Source: an uncultured Alphaproteobacteria bacterium (lineage in GTDB: Bacteria > Pseudomonadota > Alphaproteobacteria > CAAGCB01 > CAG-977). From it: a stretch of DNA of 37,642 nucleotides. The stretch spans positions 1-37,642 of the forward strand of contig CALXYE010000030.1 of NCBI GenBank assembly GCA_944392845.1, written 5' to 3'. Below the pieces are notes generated by a model. It was not told where the DNA came from. It saw only the letters and a list, made by a program, of their open reading frames with translations, and did not search any database. Shown here piece after piece: positions 23,880 to 34,656 of this stretch (positions within the stretch are counted from its first letter, which is position 1; every line of letters begins with the position of its first letter). The translations under genes and the position numbers were made by a program.

Positions 23880-24773
23880 ATGAACCTCAGACAATTGGAA
23901 ATATTCAAAGCCGTTTGCGAAGAAACGAGCTTTTCGAAAGCGGCGGAAAAACTTCACGTAACTCAACCCGCCGTTTCTCAGGCCGTGGCTCTTCTTGAAG
24001 CCGAAGCGGGATCGCCGCTGTTTGAAAGAATCGGCAAAAAAGTTTCCGTTACCGAAAACGGCAGGCTGTTTGCCTTAAAGGTTTCCGAACTGATCGAAAA
24101 ATACAAAGAGGCGGAAAACGTTTTGCACGGCAAAAAAATCAAACAAACCGTACGGTTGGGATGTTGCATCACGATCGCGAACACGTTTTTGCCCGCCGTT
24201 ATGAAGCGCTTTACCGCTTTGTTTCCCGACGTTTCGCTGGAAGTCGGAATTGAAATCGCCGGAAACGTCCGCGAAAAACTGTGCGACGGCCGTTTCGACA
24301 TGGCGTTGATTGAAGGAGCCGTAACGGACGCGGCTTTGTATGCGGAGCCCTTTTCCTTTTTTGAGCTGAGCGTTATCGCCTCGCCTGACAATCCGCTGTC
24401 CGAAAACCGCGAAATATCGCTTGACGCTTTTTTGAAACAGCCCCTTCTCCTGCGCGAAAAGGGCAGCTCGATACGAACGGTTTTGGACAGCGCCCTGTAC
24501 CTGCGCCACCGCGAAGCCCTGCCCGTCATGACCAGCGTCAATTCCCAAGCGATCATCGAAGCCGTCAAAGCGAACGTTGGCATCAGCGTCTTACCGCGGG
24601 TTATCGTCAACCGCGACGCGGAAAAAGGGCGCCTGCGCCTGTTGTCCGTCCGCGATATGCCGTTAATCAACGAAAACTTTTGGGCGGTCAGAAAGGACAA
24701 AAAGCTTACCGCGCCTCTGAAAGCCTTGCGCGACCTTGCAAAATCGGCGGCGAAAGAACGAACGGGCGTTTAA
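23880..24773 (+). CDS. LysR family transcriptional regulator
   Basis: 297 aa. The N-terminal wHTH is MNLRQLEIFKAVCEETSFSKAAEKLHVTQPAVSQAV. The gene is divergent from the chrA pair. Confidence 0.85.
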   Translation: MNLRQLEIFKAVCEETSFSKAAEKLHVTQPAVSQAVALLEAEAGSPLFERIGKKVSVTENGRLFALKVSELIEKYKEAENVLHGKKIKQTVRLGCCITIANTFLPAVMKRFTALFPDVSLEVGIEIAGNVREKLCDGRFDMALIEGAVTDAALYAEPFSFFELSVIASPDNPLSENREISLDAFLKQPLLLREKGSSIRTVLDSALYLRHREALPVMTSVNSQAIIEAVKANVGISVLPRVIVNRDAEKGRLRLLSVRDMPLINENFWAVRKDKKLTAPLKALRDLAKSAAKERTGV

Positions 24774-24992
24774 AAAGGCCTTTTTCGAATGCGACGGGGA
24801 AAAACCGACGCTTGCGCGGAGGAGCCGCGTCTTTTATGCGCACGAACGCGAATCGTCCTTCTTGATTTTTCGCGTTTTGTCTGCTTATATCAGGTTTCCG
24901 GCAGTTATTCACGCGGGATTTGAATTTTTGTTCCGCTTTCCGAAAAGCGGGAAAAACAAAACCGAACGATTTTTAAGAAAGACCGAAAAACG

Positions 24993-25799
24993 ATGAAGAT
25001 TTCTTTATTGGCCTTTTCCGCCGTCGCTTTTTGCGCCTCTTGCGCGAACGCTCTTGAATTTTCGGAAACGTTCAACGCCAAAGTCATCGAATGCGCGCCG
25101 TTTGAAGAAGAAAGTCCTTTCGAATTTTTCGGAATGAAGGGGCGCATGAAAAACGAAGTCAAAGGAACGGAAAACGGCCTATGCCGAATCGTTTCGACCA
25201 GCGATACCGATCTGGGAAAGAATGTTACCGAATGCTCCCTTTCCGCCGAAGCTCGCAAACTTTTAAAGGAAGCCGTTGCCGACGGCGCGGCAAAGCGTAC
25301 CGTTACCCTCCCGCTTTACGGAGAAATCATGGGGAAACAAGCGCAAATCGGCACAAGCGAATTTACGGGAACGGCAACTCAGATCTTTTGGCAGGAAGCC
25401 TTCAACGATCCGAAAGTCTGCCGGGCAAGCTTCAAAGAATCCGATACGAAAAAAGAATTTGCAAACGCTTTGGAAAAATGCGCCCCGACGGAAAAGCAAC
25501 TCGGCGTATTCGGCATGAACCTTTTGATCAAGTTCGCGCCCAGTTCAAAAAAAGAGGGCTTTTGCGATCTGATTCAAAAAACCTCCTTTCCGTCTTTCAG
25601 CGCAACAGTCAACGGCGTTTTGCAAACGACTCCCGCCTTTACGAAGGAAACGCGTTGCCGCCTGAGCTTTGATAAAATGCGCGAATTGGCCGAACGCATC
25701 AGAAACGGCGGCAACAAAGAAAGCGAAGATTTTATCCCCGACGCGTGGGAAAAAGATCCCGAACTGTGCGCTTCGCGAAAAACGGAAAAAACACCTTAG
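24993..25799 (+). CDS. Secreted hypothetical protein (Cys-containing)
   Basis: 268 aa with the signal peptide MKISLLAFSAVAFCASCANA. No recognised domain. Its end overlaps the convergent creD end by 4 nt. Confidence 0.6.
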   Translation: MKISLLAFSAVAFCASCANALEFSETFNAKVIECAPFEEESPFEFFGMKGRMKNEVKGTENGLCRIVSTSDTDLGKNVTECSLSAEARKLLKEAVADGAAKRTVTLPLYGEIMGKQAQIGTSEFTGTATQIFWQEAFNDPKVCRASFKESDTKKEFANALEKCAPTEKQLGVFGMNLLIKFAPSSKKEGFCDLIQKTSFPSFSATVNGVLQTTPAFTKETRCRLSFDKMRELAERIRNGGNKESEDFIPDAWEKDPELCASRKTEKTP

Positions 25800-27118
25800 G
25801 CTCCGTCCTCGTTGCTGTGTGCCGTCGCTTTCATCGCGGCGGCCAAGGCACATAAAAGGATGCCCGTTCCGATGAGCAGCGCATAATCCGCTGAACACAA
25901 CATAATGTAGAGCAATCCGTACAAAACGGCCGTCCACGCCGCGCAAACGGCGCCTGCCTTTCGGCTGCGCATGGCGGCGTTCACATACGCCGAAAGCATC
26001 AGCGTAACGACCGATGCCGACGCAAGGTACGCCGTGCCGAAAGAAATATGTTCGGCCAACGACAAAACCGCCAGAAAAAAGACGGAAACCGCCAAACCAG
26101 CAATGACATACTGGATGCTCCCGAACCTGCATCCCGCTTTCAGCTCCAGCAGAAACATCATCAAAAACGTCAGAGCGGCAAACATTAGGCCGTAATTGCA
26201 CAGCCTGACGGCGCGTTTGTACACGGGCATCGGATCAAAAAGGGAAACCTCCGCCGTCTTTAATTCCAAAAGCCCCGTATCGCCTTCCGCAACCGTTTGA
26301 GGATACCCTCTGGCGATATAAGGAATGTTCCATTCTGCGACAAAGCCGCCGTCATCGATTTTCGGCGCATCGGGACGAAAAGCGCCGCCGAAAACGGGAT
26401 GCGCCCAAGGAGAAGTAACCCTGAAAACGCTTTTTCGTCCGACGGGCGCGAACGCCGCGGCTCCGCTGCCGTTAAAGGAAAACGACAGGGAAAACGGCAT
26501 CCGCTTCATTCCCTTTACGGCGACGGGAGCCGAAACGCCCGAAAATTTCCAACGCCGTTCCGCGGACGGCGACAAATCCAGCGGACGCCCGGCAAAGGAC
26601 ATTTCGAGGTTTCCGCGAACGCTTGAAGCATCCATGCCGACGTTCAGGCGGATACCGTCCTGCAGGATCTCGCCCTTTTCTTTCAAAACCGAAAGCCCTT
26701 TGTCCGTAAAGTACCCCGTCATCCGAACCGACGTCCCGTGAACCAACACGTTATAAATGCCTCTGTGTCTGATTTCAGGCGTCATCACGGCGTCAATCTT
26801 CAATTCGTCAGGCAGGACGGCGAAAACGCCGATTGAAGTTCTCGGTTCCGAAACGTACGTTTTCTTTTGCGGATCAAAAACCCTTTCAAAGACCGTCGTC
26901 CTGACGGGAACGGACAACACGGGGCCGATAATCGTCTGGCGGCTTCCCCACGCCTCGGCAATCTCCGCCGCGACGTCGCTAAAGCGCCCGGAACGGTCGT
27001 CTATAACCCCTTCAATCATTAAAAGCGGAACGTTCAACAGCAAAACGAACAAACAGACCAGCCCGAACCTGCCGCCCGTCGTTTTTAACAGCCCTTTCAA
27101 GCCTCCGTCAGCCGCCAT
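25796..27118 (-). CDS. creD: Cell envelope integrity protein CreD
   Basis: 440 aa with an N-terminal TM, a large periplasmic domain and a C-terminal TM bundle. WAHPVFGGAFRP, YGLMFAALTFLMMFLLE and LSLAEHISFG align with remembered E. coli CreD segments (WPHPSFLGDFLP, YAILLIALTFMAFFVFE, LALSEHTGF). Confidence 0.8.
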   Translation of the reverse strand: MAADGGLKGLLKTTGGRFGLVCLFVLLLNVPLLMIEGVIDDRSGRFSDVAAEIAEAWGSRQTIIGPVLSVPVRTTVFERVFDPQKKTYVSEPRTSIGVFAVLPDELKIDAVMTPEIRHRGIYNVLVHGTSVRMTGYFTDKGLSVLKEKGEILQDGIRLNVGMDASSVRGNLEMSFAGRPLDLSPSAERRWKFSGVSAPVAVKGMKRMPFSLSFSFNGSGAAAFAPVGRKSVFRVTSPWAHPVFGGAFRPDAPKIDDGGFVAEWNIPYIARGYPQTVAEGDTGLLELKTAEVSLFDPMPVYKRAVRLCNYGLMFAALTFLMMFLLELKAGCRFGSIQYVIAGLAVSVFFLAVLSLAEHISFGTAYLASASVVTLMLSAYVNAAMRSRKAGAVCAAWTAVLYGLLYIMLCSADYALLIGTGILLCALAAAMKATAHSNEDGA

Positions 27119-27136
27119 TTCTTTTCCTTTTGCCGT

Positions 27137-28351
27137 TTACTGATAACGCAATGCCTCGATCGGATCAAGTTTCATCGCTTTATACGCGGGAAAAACGCCC
27201 GACACGACGCCGACGACGATCGCAACCGTAAAGGACAGAACCACGGGCCACAGACTGAAAGGCACCTTCGTGTCGTAGATATAGCCCCCCAGTTGGGAAA
27301 GCCCGACTCCCAACACCAAACCGATGATGCTGCCGATCATCGAAATCAGAATTGCTTCGAACAAAAATTGCAGCATGATCCAATCGTTCGGCGCGCCCAA
27401 CGCCTTGCGGATACCGATCTCGCGCGTGCGCTCCGTAACTGACACGAGCATCATGTTCACGATGCCGATTGAACCGACGACCAGCGAAATCGAGGCGATC
27501 GCTGCCAAAAGAATTGCCAGAACCGTTCCGATCAGCTTGATGTTTTCGACGAATTCGGCGATGTTGTGAATCCTGAAATCGTCGGGATCGTCGTCGCCCA
27601 GCTTATGGCGCGCGCGCAAAAATCGGGTGATGCGCTGCTCAATAATGTTCAGATCTTCCGTTTCGACGAATTTCACGGCCATGTGATTGATGGCGTTCAG
27701 CTTTGCATAGCGGTTGAAGCGCTGTTGCACGGTTTTTAACGGCATCATGACCGAGGCATCCTGATTGGCGCCGCCCGTACTCGAACCCTTTTCCTTTAAA
27801 ATGCCGACAATTTTGAAGGGTTGTTTTTTAATGCGGAACGTTTGCCCCAAAGCGTCTTCGTAAGGAAAAAGCTCGGTCATCACTTCGTGCCCGATGACGA
27901 CGTTGCTGGTGCCGCGGCGGATGTCCTGCTCGTTCAGCATCCTGCCTCTTTCCAGTTCCCAGTTCGCCGTTTTCATATAATCGGGAGTCGTTCCCAAAAT
28001 GCTGACCTGCCAGTTTCTGGAGCCGTTGACGGCCTGCGCCGACGCGCTTAAAACGGGCGCGACGACGTCTATGCCGTTCAATCTCTTCAAAGCCAAAGCA
28101 TCGTCCAGCGTAATGGAGGTCATCGGTTCGGACTTTCTGACCGCCGTTCTTAAACGTTGCGAACGGATGATCAACAGCTTGCTGCCCATCGCGACAAAGC
28201 GTTCCTGAATGATGTTTTGCACGGTTTGTCCCGCCGCCACCATCATCACGACGGCGCAAACGCCGATGATAATCCCCAGCGTCGTCAAGAACGACCGAAG
28301 TTTGTTTCCCGTCATGGACAGGCAGGCTTCATGCAGAATCGCTTTGATCAT
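27137..28351 (-). CDS. ABC transporter permease, MacB/FtsX-like
   Basis: 404 aa. It has an N-terminal TM, a periplasmic MacB-type domain and a C-terminal FtsX block (TERTREIGIRKALGA). Its start overlaps the ATPase gene by 4 nt. Confidence 0.85.
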   Translation of the reverse strand: MIKAILHEACLSMTGNKLRSFLTTLGIIIGVCAVVMMVAAGQTVQNIIQERFVAMGSKLLIIRSQRLRTAVRKSEPMTSITLDDALALKRLNGIDVVAPVLSASAQAVNGSRNWQVSILGTTPDYMKTANWELERGRMLNEQDIRRGTSNVVIGHEVMTELFPYEDALGQTFRIKKQPFKIVGILKEKGSSTGGANQDASVMMPLKTVQQRFNRYAKLNAINHMAVKFVETEDLNIIEQRITRFLRARHKLGDDDPDDFRIHNIAEFVENIKLIGTVLAILLAAIASISLVVGSIGIVNMMLVSVTERTREIGIRKALGAPNDWIMLQFLFEAILISMIGSIIGLVLGVGLSQLGGYIYDTKVPFSLWPVVLSFTVAIVVGVVSGVFPAYKAMKLDPIEALRYQ

Positions 28352-29061
28352 TTCTGCTGCTCCATATAGGTTTTGACGTCGCCGTCGTATTCGATATTGC
28401 CGTCTACGATGCGCACCAAACGCTTGGCATATTGCGCCACGTCGGGTTCGTGCGTCACCAAAACGATCGTAATGCCCTGCTCTTTGTTAAGCTGTTGAAA
28501 AAAGGTCATAATTTCGTCGCTGGTCTTACTGTCCAAGTTCCCCGTCGGCTCGTCCGCCAAAATCATTTCGGGGTTGTTGACCAATGCGCGCGCAATGGCG
28601 ACGCGCTGTTGCATGCCGCCCGATATCTGGTTCGGAAAGCGGTCGGCAAAACGCGCCAGCCCGACCAGTTTCAACATTTCCTTCGCGCGCGCCAGCTCTT
28701 CTTCCTTTGTCAAACGGTTATCATAGATTAAAGGCAGGGCAACATTGTCCGTCAGCGTGCGGCGCATCAAAAGGTTAAAGCCTTGAAACACAAAGCCGAT
28801 CATTCTGTTTCGGATATGAGCCAATTCGTCGTCGCTCATTCCCGACACCTGTTTGCCGCCTAAAAAGTACTTGCCCGACGTCGGACGATCCAAACATCCC
28901 AAGATGTTCATAAACGTCGATTTTCCGGACCCCGAAGGCCCCATAATCGAAACGAATTCACTTTTTTCGACGGTCAGGTTGACGCCCTTCAGGACGTTTT
29001 GCTTCATCCCGCCGTCCATATAATAGGTCTTGCAAACGTTTTTAATTTCTATGACGCTCAT
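28348..29061 (-). CDS. ABC transporter ATP-binding protein (MacB/LolD-type)
   Basis: 237 aa. Walker A is GPSGSGKST, the signature is [15 protein letters not shown], and Walker B is [11 protein letters not shown]. Confidence 0.9.
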   Translation of the reverse strand: MSVIEIKNVCKTYYMDGGMKQNVLKGVNLTVEKSEFVSIMGPSGSGKSTFMNILGCLDRPTSGKYFLGGKQVSGMSDDELAHIRNRMIGFVFQGFNLLMRRTLTDNVALPLIYDNRLTKEEELARAKEMLKLVGLARFADRFPNQISGGMQQRVAIARALVNNPEMILADEPTGNLDSKTSDEIMTFFQQLNKEQGITIVLVTHEPDVAQYAKRLVRIVDGNIEYDGDVKTYMEQQK

Positions 29062-30194
29062 GGAGGCCCTCTGCGTTTAGGACGAACGCGCGCCGTCAAA
29101 TCTTCCAAAACGGCCTGTTCGCCTTCCTGAACGCCGCTGATGATCTCCGTAAACATTTCGTTTGTCAGGCCTTTTTTGACCGTTCTGGGAACGACCTTGC
29201 CGTTTTCCAAAATAAAGACCAAAGCTTCGTCCGGCTTCAAATCGGCGCGCTTCATGCGCAGCTGCGCGTCATACTTGCCGTCCGCGCGCACGGGACGGAA
29301 TTGGAACGCCATGTTCGGCAAACGCAGAACGTTCGGCTTTTCGTCGATTTTAATTTCGACGTACGCCGTCATGCCCGGCAACAGTTTCAGGTCGTCGTTT
29401 TTAATGTCAATGATAACCGTATACATAACGACGGTTTCTTCCTCAGTCGGATTTAAACGCACCTGAGACACCGTTCCGTGAAAAATCTCGGCGGGATAGG
29501 TGTCAACCGTAAAATCGACTTTCAGTCCCGGCTTAATCATGCCGACATCGGCTTCGGAAATATAGGTTTCGATCTGCATTTTCGTCAGGTCTTCGGCGAT
29601 TTGAAAAAGTTCGGGCGTCGAAAAGCTGGCCGCCACCGTTTGGCCTTCCTCAACGACCTTGGAAGTTACCGTTCCCGAAACGGGCGACGTAATGCGCGCA
29701 TAGCCCAAATTCCTCTCCGCCTTTTTAACCTGCGCCAGCGCCCTGTCGTAATCGGACTGCGCCGCCACGGCGTCAACCTCGGCCTGTTCCATTTCGGAAC
29801 GCGATATATAATTCGCTTCAAACATTTCCTTGTAGCGTTTGGCGTCCAGACGCGCTTTGTTGCGTTTGGATTTGGCGTCCTGCGCCTGCGCTTTGGCCTC
29901 ATTCAGATCCTGTTGAAGCGTGAATCGGTCGATTTCCGCCAACAAATCGCCTTTTCTGACGACCGAATTATAATCGACGTACACGCGTTCAATAATGCCG
30001 GAAACCTGAGTCCCGACGCTGACGACGTTAATGGGCTGGATCGTCCCGCTGGCCGTTACGTCCAGCTTCAGCGTCCCGCGCGCGACGGGAACGACGTCAT
30101 AGCGCGGCAACTCGCTTTGAACGCGATGGCGGTGCCAGAAAAAACCGCCTGCCGCCATTCCGATGATGATTCCTAAAATAAACAGTTTTTTCAT
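29058..30194 (-). CDS. Efflux periplasmic adaptor (HlyD/MacA family)
   Basis: ATG at 30194 (MKKLFILGIIIGM..) lies 4 nt after the TolC-like stop; the track's longer TTG start overlaps that gene. The protein shows lipoyl, coiled-coil and beta-barrel adaptor features (ARITSPVSGTV). Confidence 0.85.
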   Translation of the reverse strand: MKKLFILGIIIGMAAGGFFWHRHRVQSELPRYDVVPVARGTLKLDVTASGTIQPINVVSVGTQVSGIIERVYVDYNSVVRKGDLLAEIDRFTLQQDLNEAKAQAQDAKSKRNKARLDAKRYKEMFEANYISRSEMEQAEVDAVAAQSDYDRALAQVKKAERNLGYARITSPVSGTVTSKVVEEGQTVAASFSTPELFQIAEDLTKMQIETYISEADVGMIKPGLKVDFTVDTYPAEIFHGTVSQVRLNPTEEETVVMYTVIIDIKNDDLKLLPGMTAYVEIKIDEKPNVLRLPNMAFQFRPVRADGKYDAQLRMKRADLKPDEALVFILENGKVVPRTVKKGLTNEMFTEIISGVQEGEQAVLEDLTARVRPKRRGPP

Positions 30195-30198
30195 GACG

Positions 30199-31575
30199 TC
30201 ATAATCCCTTTTGCGGTTCAAACGGATCGATCAGCCCCATCGAGCGGATCAGGTTGCTTTTGGCAATCAGTTTTTCATAAAACGTATTGCTTTTGGTCGT
30301 TCTGGCTTCGGCCAACTTCGATTGGGCGTCCAAGACGTTCAGGATGCTTCCTTTTCCCGCCTTGTAAGCTCCCAGCGCGACTTTTTCGTTCTGTTCCGCG
30401 CTGGCATAGAGAACCAGACTGATTTTATAGCTTTTCTGCGCCGTTTTATACGACTGGAAAGCGTCCCAAACGTCGGTGCGGACTTCGTTTTCCAAACTTT
30501 TCAGTTCCTGCTCCGTCTTATCCGCCAAATAACGGCTTTGCGTAATCTTGTAAGTGTTTTTAAACCCCGTGAACAAAGGCACCGACATCGTCAGGCCGAC
30601 CCTGGTATCAAGCTCCCTGTCTCCGCCTTTGGTCACGTCGTCGGCTGCGGATACGCCCGCCGACATCGAAAATGACGGAGCATTTTGTTTTTTCTGATAC
30701 TCCAAATTTGCCAAAGCCTGCTTTAATTCGGCGCGCTTCGCCGTTACGTCGGAACGCTTCTCCAAAGCGGTTCGCAGCATATCCTCGACCTTGCCGTCTT
30801 TTTCTTCCTGAGCGTCGGAATAATCGACGGGCGACAGCTCCAGCCCCTTTTGCGGCGGAAAATTCAATAAAACGGCCAGTTTTCCTTTCGCCAGAATCAG
30901 TCCTTCCTCCGCCTGAGCTTCCGCCAGTTGAGACTGAGCATAGGCCGTTTCCGCCTGCAAAGCGTCGGCATACGCCGCAAGGCCGAGTTCATAACGCTTG
31001 GACGCCGCGTCATACGCCGATTTCGACGATGCGACGGAGGCTTTTGAATTTTCGTATTCCTGCTGCGCGGCCAACAGCGTGTAATAGGCCGACGTCACGT
31101 CAAAAACCAACGTTTTCAGAACATCCGCGCGCGACGACAAAGCATAGTTCAGCGCTTCCTTCATCTGTTCAACGGCCGCCGAACGCGCCCCGAAATCAAA
31201 CAACAGCCAGTCCAGAGAAATGCCCGCCTCCGCCGAAGCCGCATTCCTGTCGTTTTCGCGGCGGTAATTCGTGTTGGAATGGCTTATTCCCGCCGTCAGC
31301 CCCACGGTCGGCAAATAGTCCGCCTTCGCCTCGCCGTATTGGGAAGCCGCCGCCATGGCGCTCAGATAGCTTTGTCGCGTCAAAGGATTGTTGCATAACG
31401 CCGCATTGATCACGTCGGAAAGAGACAAAGGCCCGTCGGGCAATCCCGCGGAACAGGCGTTTTCCTCAACGCGGGGAACGACGTTTTTTTCAACGTCAAA
31501 GGGATCCTCGGCTGCTTTCGCCGTTCCCGCCGCGCATAAAACCGCCAAAAAGACAAAGACACGATACATTGGCAC
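30199..31575 (-). CDS. TolC family outer-membrane channel
   Basis: 458 aa with a signal peptide (MPMYRVFVFLAVLCAAGTAKA). It has two repeated coiled-coil halves with typical LSLSDVINAALCNNP and Y.P.V.L... segments. Confidence 0.85.
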   Translation of the reverse strand: MPMYRVFVFLAVLCAAGTAKAAEDPFDVEKNVVPRVEENACSAGLPDGPLSLSDVINAALCNNPLTRQSYLSAMAAASQYGEAKADYLPTVGLTAGISHSNTNYRRENDRNAASAEAGISLDWLLFDFGARSAAVEQMKEALNYALSSRADVLKTLVFDVTSAYYTLLAAQQEYENSKASVASSKSAYDAASKRYELGLAAYADALQAETAYAQSQLAEAQAEEGLILAKGKLAVLLNFPPQKGLELSPVDYSDAQEEKDGKVEDMLRTALEKRSDVTAKRAELKQALANLEYQKKQNAPSFSMSAGVSAADDVTKGGDRELDTRVGLTMSVPLFTGFKNTYKITQSRYLADKTEQELKSLENEVRTDVWDAFQSYKTAQKSYKISLVLYASAEQNEKVALGAYKAGKGSILNVLDAQSKLAEARTTKSNTFYEKLIAKSNLIRSMGLIDPFEPQKGL

Positions 31576-31682
31576 CCAGTTCCGTTAAAGGCCGAAAACC
31601 TTAGAATTTGTTTGACAAGCGAGAAATAAATCCTTCTAATGCCGCCTGTAGACTCTACTCTATAAGGAAAAAGATTACAATC

Positions 31683-33233
31683 ATGTTAAAGTTCCCCGCA
31701 AAACTTTCAAAAATCTTAATCGTCCTTTTCGGCGCGGCCGCTTTACTTTCTTTAAACGCATGCAAAGAAGAAAAACCTGCGCCCAAATATGTCTTTTTCT
31801 TCATCGGCGACGGATTTTCATTCTCCCAGCGCTACCTTGCGGAAACGGCGGCGGGAAGCCCGCTGTTGTCAAGTTCTTTTCCCGTTCAGGGCGTTATGAC
31901 GACTGAAGCTCCGGATTCCGCAATTCCCGATTCCGCATCGGCCGCATCGGCTTTCTCAACGGGACAAAAAATTCCGAACGGCGTCATATCAATGCTGCCC
32001 GAAACGGAAGAAAAGCTCCCTCTGATTACTGATCTGGCCGCCAAAAACGGCTTTAATGCGGCCGTTGTCACGACGGCTACCGTTGACGACGCGACGCCCG
32101 CCGCTTTTTATGCGCGTTCGGCAAAACGGAACGCCTATTACGACATCGCAACCCAACTGCCCGAAAGCTCCCTGTCTTTGCTGGCGGGCGTTAAGTTCAA
32201 GCGCCCCCGTTCGTTCAAAAAAGAGGATTTGGACGTCGTTTTGAAACGCGGCGGATATAAAATCTTCAAACCGTCAAAAGACAACGTTTCTTATCCTTCG
32301 GGCAAGGTCGCCGTCACTTACGACGCGATCCCTTATGCCATAGACGCGCGGAAAAATTCTCCGAATCTGGCGGAAATGGTCAAAAAATCCATCGCGAAGC
32401 TCGGAACGGCCAAAAGCTTTTTCATGGTGGTTGAGGGCGCGAAGACGGACGTAGCGGCGCATATGCACGATACGGCGACCCTGATCAAAGAAATCCGCAG
32501 TTTTGACGATGCCGTCAAGGAAGCCTATGAATTTTACAAAACCCGTCCGAACGACACGCTTATAGTCGTCGCGGGCGACCATGAAACGGGCGGCCTGACG
32601 TTGGGTGCAAACAACGCGGAAAAAATCAACCTGTCCGTTTTCGAAAAGCAGAAAAAGTCCCTTTCTTCTTTCCGTTATGACGTCCTGCGCTTTAAATCGC
32701 GCCATGCTTCCTTCGGCGTTTTAGAAGATTTCATGCCGGCGGTAACGCGCGTTTTCGGATTAAAAATGTTCTCCGCTTCGCAAAAGGAGGCTCTGAAGCT
32801 TAAAGCCGAAGAAGGTGACGAAAGCGCTGCGGAAGACCTGAAAAATGCTTTAACGCCCGAAGAAATCGCCGTTTTGCGCGAAGGATTGCGCTACAGCATG
32901 ACGGAAAAGAGCCGCCGTCCGAAAACGAAGGATTTTGACGGAAAATACGGCGATTACGAACCGATGCCGACGGCTGTTGCCAAAGTTTTGAACGCCCGCG
33001 CCGGCATCGGATATTCGACGTTCGGCCACACGGCCGCTCCCGTTCCCGTTTCCGCCGTCGGATACCGCGCCAATCTGTTTTCGGGAAGTTACCCGAATAC
33101 CGATATGTTCTCAAAGCTGTTGAACGCCATGGGCATTCCGCTTCCCGCAACGTCCGTCGCCGCCCCCGCGGCCTCTCCGGACGAAAAGGCTCCGCCCGAA
33201 ACCGATGCGGCAACAAAAGATACCCGAAAATAA
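31683..33233 (+). CDS. Alkaline phosphatase family lipoprotein
   Basis: ATG at 31683 gives MLKFPAKLSKILIVLFGAAALLSLNAC (lipobox). Family motifs are FFFIGDG, the active-site-like DSASAASAFSTGQK, and VVAGDHETGG. Confidence 0.85.
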   Translation: MLKFPAKLSKILIVLFGAAALLSLNACKEEKPAPKYVFFFIGDGFSFSQRYLAETAAGSPLLSSSFPVQGVMTTEAPDSAIPDSASAASAFSTGQKIPNGVISMLPETEEKLPLITDLAAKNGFNAAVVTTATVDDATPAAFYARSAKRNAYYDIATQLPESSLSLLAGVKFKRPRSFKKEDLDVVLKRGGYKIFKPSKDNVSYPSGKVAVTYDAIPYAIDARKNSPNLAEMVKKSIAKLGTAKSFFMVVEGAKTDVAAHMHDTATLIKEIRSFDDAVKEAYEFYKTRPNDTLIVVAGDHETGGLTLGANNAEKINLSVFEKQKKSLSSFRYDVLRFKSRHASFGVLEDFMPAVTRVFGLKMFSASQKEALKLKAEEGDESAAEDLKNALTPEEIAVLREGLRYSMTEKSRRPKTKDFDGKYGDYEPMPTAVAKVLNARAGIGYSTFGHTAAPVPVSAVGYRANLFSGSYPNTDMFSKLLNAMGIPLPATSVAAPAASPDEKAPPETDAATKDTRK

Positions 33234-33240
33234 ATTTAAA

Positions 33241-33268
33241 GCCCTCTTGCCGAAGAGGGCTTTTTTTT
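33241..33268. terminator. Bidirectional terminator between the convergent phosphatase and MATE genes
   Basis: GCCCTCTT-gccg-AAGAGGGC followed by T8, with AAA before the stem. Confidence 0.8.
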
Positions 33269-34656
33269 CACGCCGTCGTTTCTTCTTCCTGCTTTTTAAT
33301 TAACGCGCGGAACCTGCCCAACTGCTTTGCCATAACGAACAAACACAGGACGGTCGCCGAAAAATCGGCGGCGGGCATCGCGTAAAACACGCCACGAAGA
33401 CCGAAAAAACGCGGCAATATGATTAAACAGGGAATCAGAAACAGCAATTGACGGCAAAGCGACAAAAACGCCGCCAAACGCGGATGCTTGGTCGCCTGTA
33501 AAAAAACGGTCGCGGCGAATTGAATGCCGATAATCGGAATCATCAAAGTCATCGTTTTCAACGCCTGTCCGCCGACGCGAATAAGTTCGGGATCGTTCGG
33601 ATCGAACAAAGCCGCGACGTTCCCCGCAAAAAAGCGCAAAATAACCCACGAAACGCACATGATCGCCGTTGCAACCGCCGACGTCAGCAGAAAGATATTG
33701 ATAACGCGGCGATAATTTTTGGCGCCGTAATTAAAACCGATCAGCGGCTGCGCTCCTTCGCAAACGCCCAAAACCGGCATGAACAGCAAAACGATCGTCG
33801 AAGACGCCACGCCCATCGCCGAAATGGCCAGATCTCCGCCGTATTCGACCAAAGCCTTGTTCATGATCGTTTGCATAAAGCCGTTTGCCATCTGAATCGT
33901 AAACGGCGCGATGCCGATCGACAGAATCGCCAGAACGGCTTTGGAATGAAGGCGCAAATTCTTTTTCCGTATCCGATACGGCGCACGTTTTGACATAAAG
34001 AAAGCAAAAGCCCATGCGAACGAACACATATTGGCGATCACGGTCGCAATCGCCGCCCCCGCGACGCCCATATCGAAACAAAAAATAAAAACCGGATCAA
34101 GTATCGTATTTACAATCGCTCCGACGATCATCGTCCCCATGGCGATACGCGGAAATCCGCTGGCACGGATAAAATTGTTCATCGTCATGTTGGCCGTCAG
34201 GAAAACGCTGCCCAACAAAACAATTCCCGCATACGTCCTCGCATAAGGCAGAATCGTTTCCGTCGCTCCGAAAAAACGCAACAGGTCGTCCAGAAACATC
34301 AGCTGTCCCGCGACCAGGACGACCGTCAGCAAAGAAACGAACACCAAAGAGTTACCCAGTATTTTTTCCGCAACGGCGACCTTTCTTTGTCCCAATCGTA
34401 TCGAAAAGCTGACGCTGCCGCCGACGCCGACCATCATGCCGAACGCCATCATGATGACGAAGGACGGAAAACTGACGGCAATCCCCGCCAATCCGAGAGC
34501 TCCGACACCGTTACCGACAAAGATGCGGTCGACAATGTTATACAGCGCGTTGATCATCAATCCGACGATCGCGGGAACGGCAAACGTCGTCAACAGACGG
34601 GGAAGCGGATCCCTGCCCAAATCGGGGGCTTTCAGCATTGTCGTTTCCGTCGTCAT
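33268..34656 (-). CDS. MATE family efflux transporter
   Basis: 462 aa with 12 predicted hydrophobic segments. The N-terminal LLTTFAVPAIVGLMINALYNIVDRIFVG is typical of MATE. Confidence 0.85.
   Translation of the reverse strand: MTTETTMLKAPDLGRDPLPRLLTTFAVPAIVGLMINALYNIVDRIFVGNGVGALGLAGIAVSFPSFVIMMAFGMMVGVGGSVSFSIRLGQRKVAVAEKILGNSLVFVSLLTVVLVAGQLMFLDDLLRFFGATETILPYARTYAGIVLLGSVFLTANMTMNNFIRASGFPRIAMGTMIVGAIVNTILDPVFIFCFDMGVAGAAIATVIANMCSFAWAFAFFMSKRAPYRIRKKNLRLHSKAVLAILSIGIAPFTIQMANGFMQTIMNKALVEYGGDLAISAMGVASSTIVLLFMPVLGVCEGAQPLIGFNYGAKNYRRVINIFLLTSAVATAIMCVSWVILRFFAGNVAALFDPNDPELIRVGGQALKTMTLMIPIIGIQFAATVFLQATKHPRLAAFLSLCRQLLFLIPCLIILPRFFGLRGVFYAMPAADFSATVLCLFVMAKQLGRFRALIKKQEEETTA

Noticed and set aside
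23978-24700. A 240-aa minus-strand ORF inside the LysR regulator gene.
   Set aside because: It is antisense to a gene with a clear LysR wHTH, and it is Ser/Arg-rich shadow-frame sequence.
25545-26201. A 218-aa minus-strand ORF in an alternative frame across the creD end and the secreted-protein gene.
   Set aside because: It is out of frame with the CreD reading frame, which aligns with remembered E. coli CreD segments. It has no start context.
29478-31409. Plus-strand ORFs of 232, 154 and 245 aa opposite the adaptor and TolC genes.
   Set aside because: They are shadow frames of well-supported efflux genes, with Arg/Pro-rich compositions.
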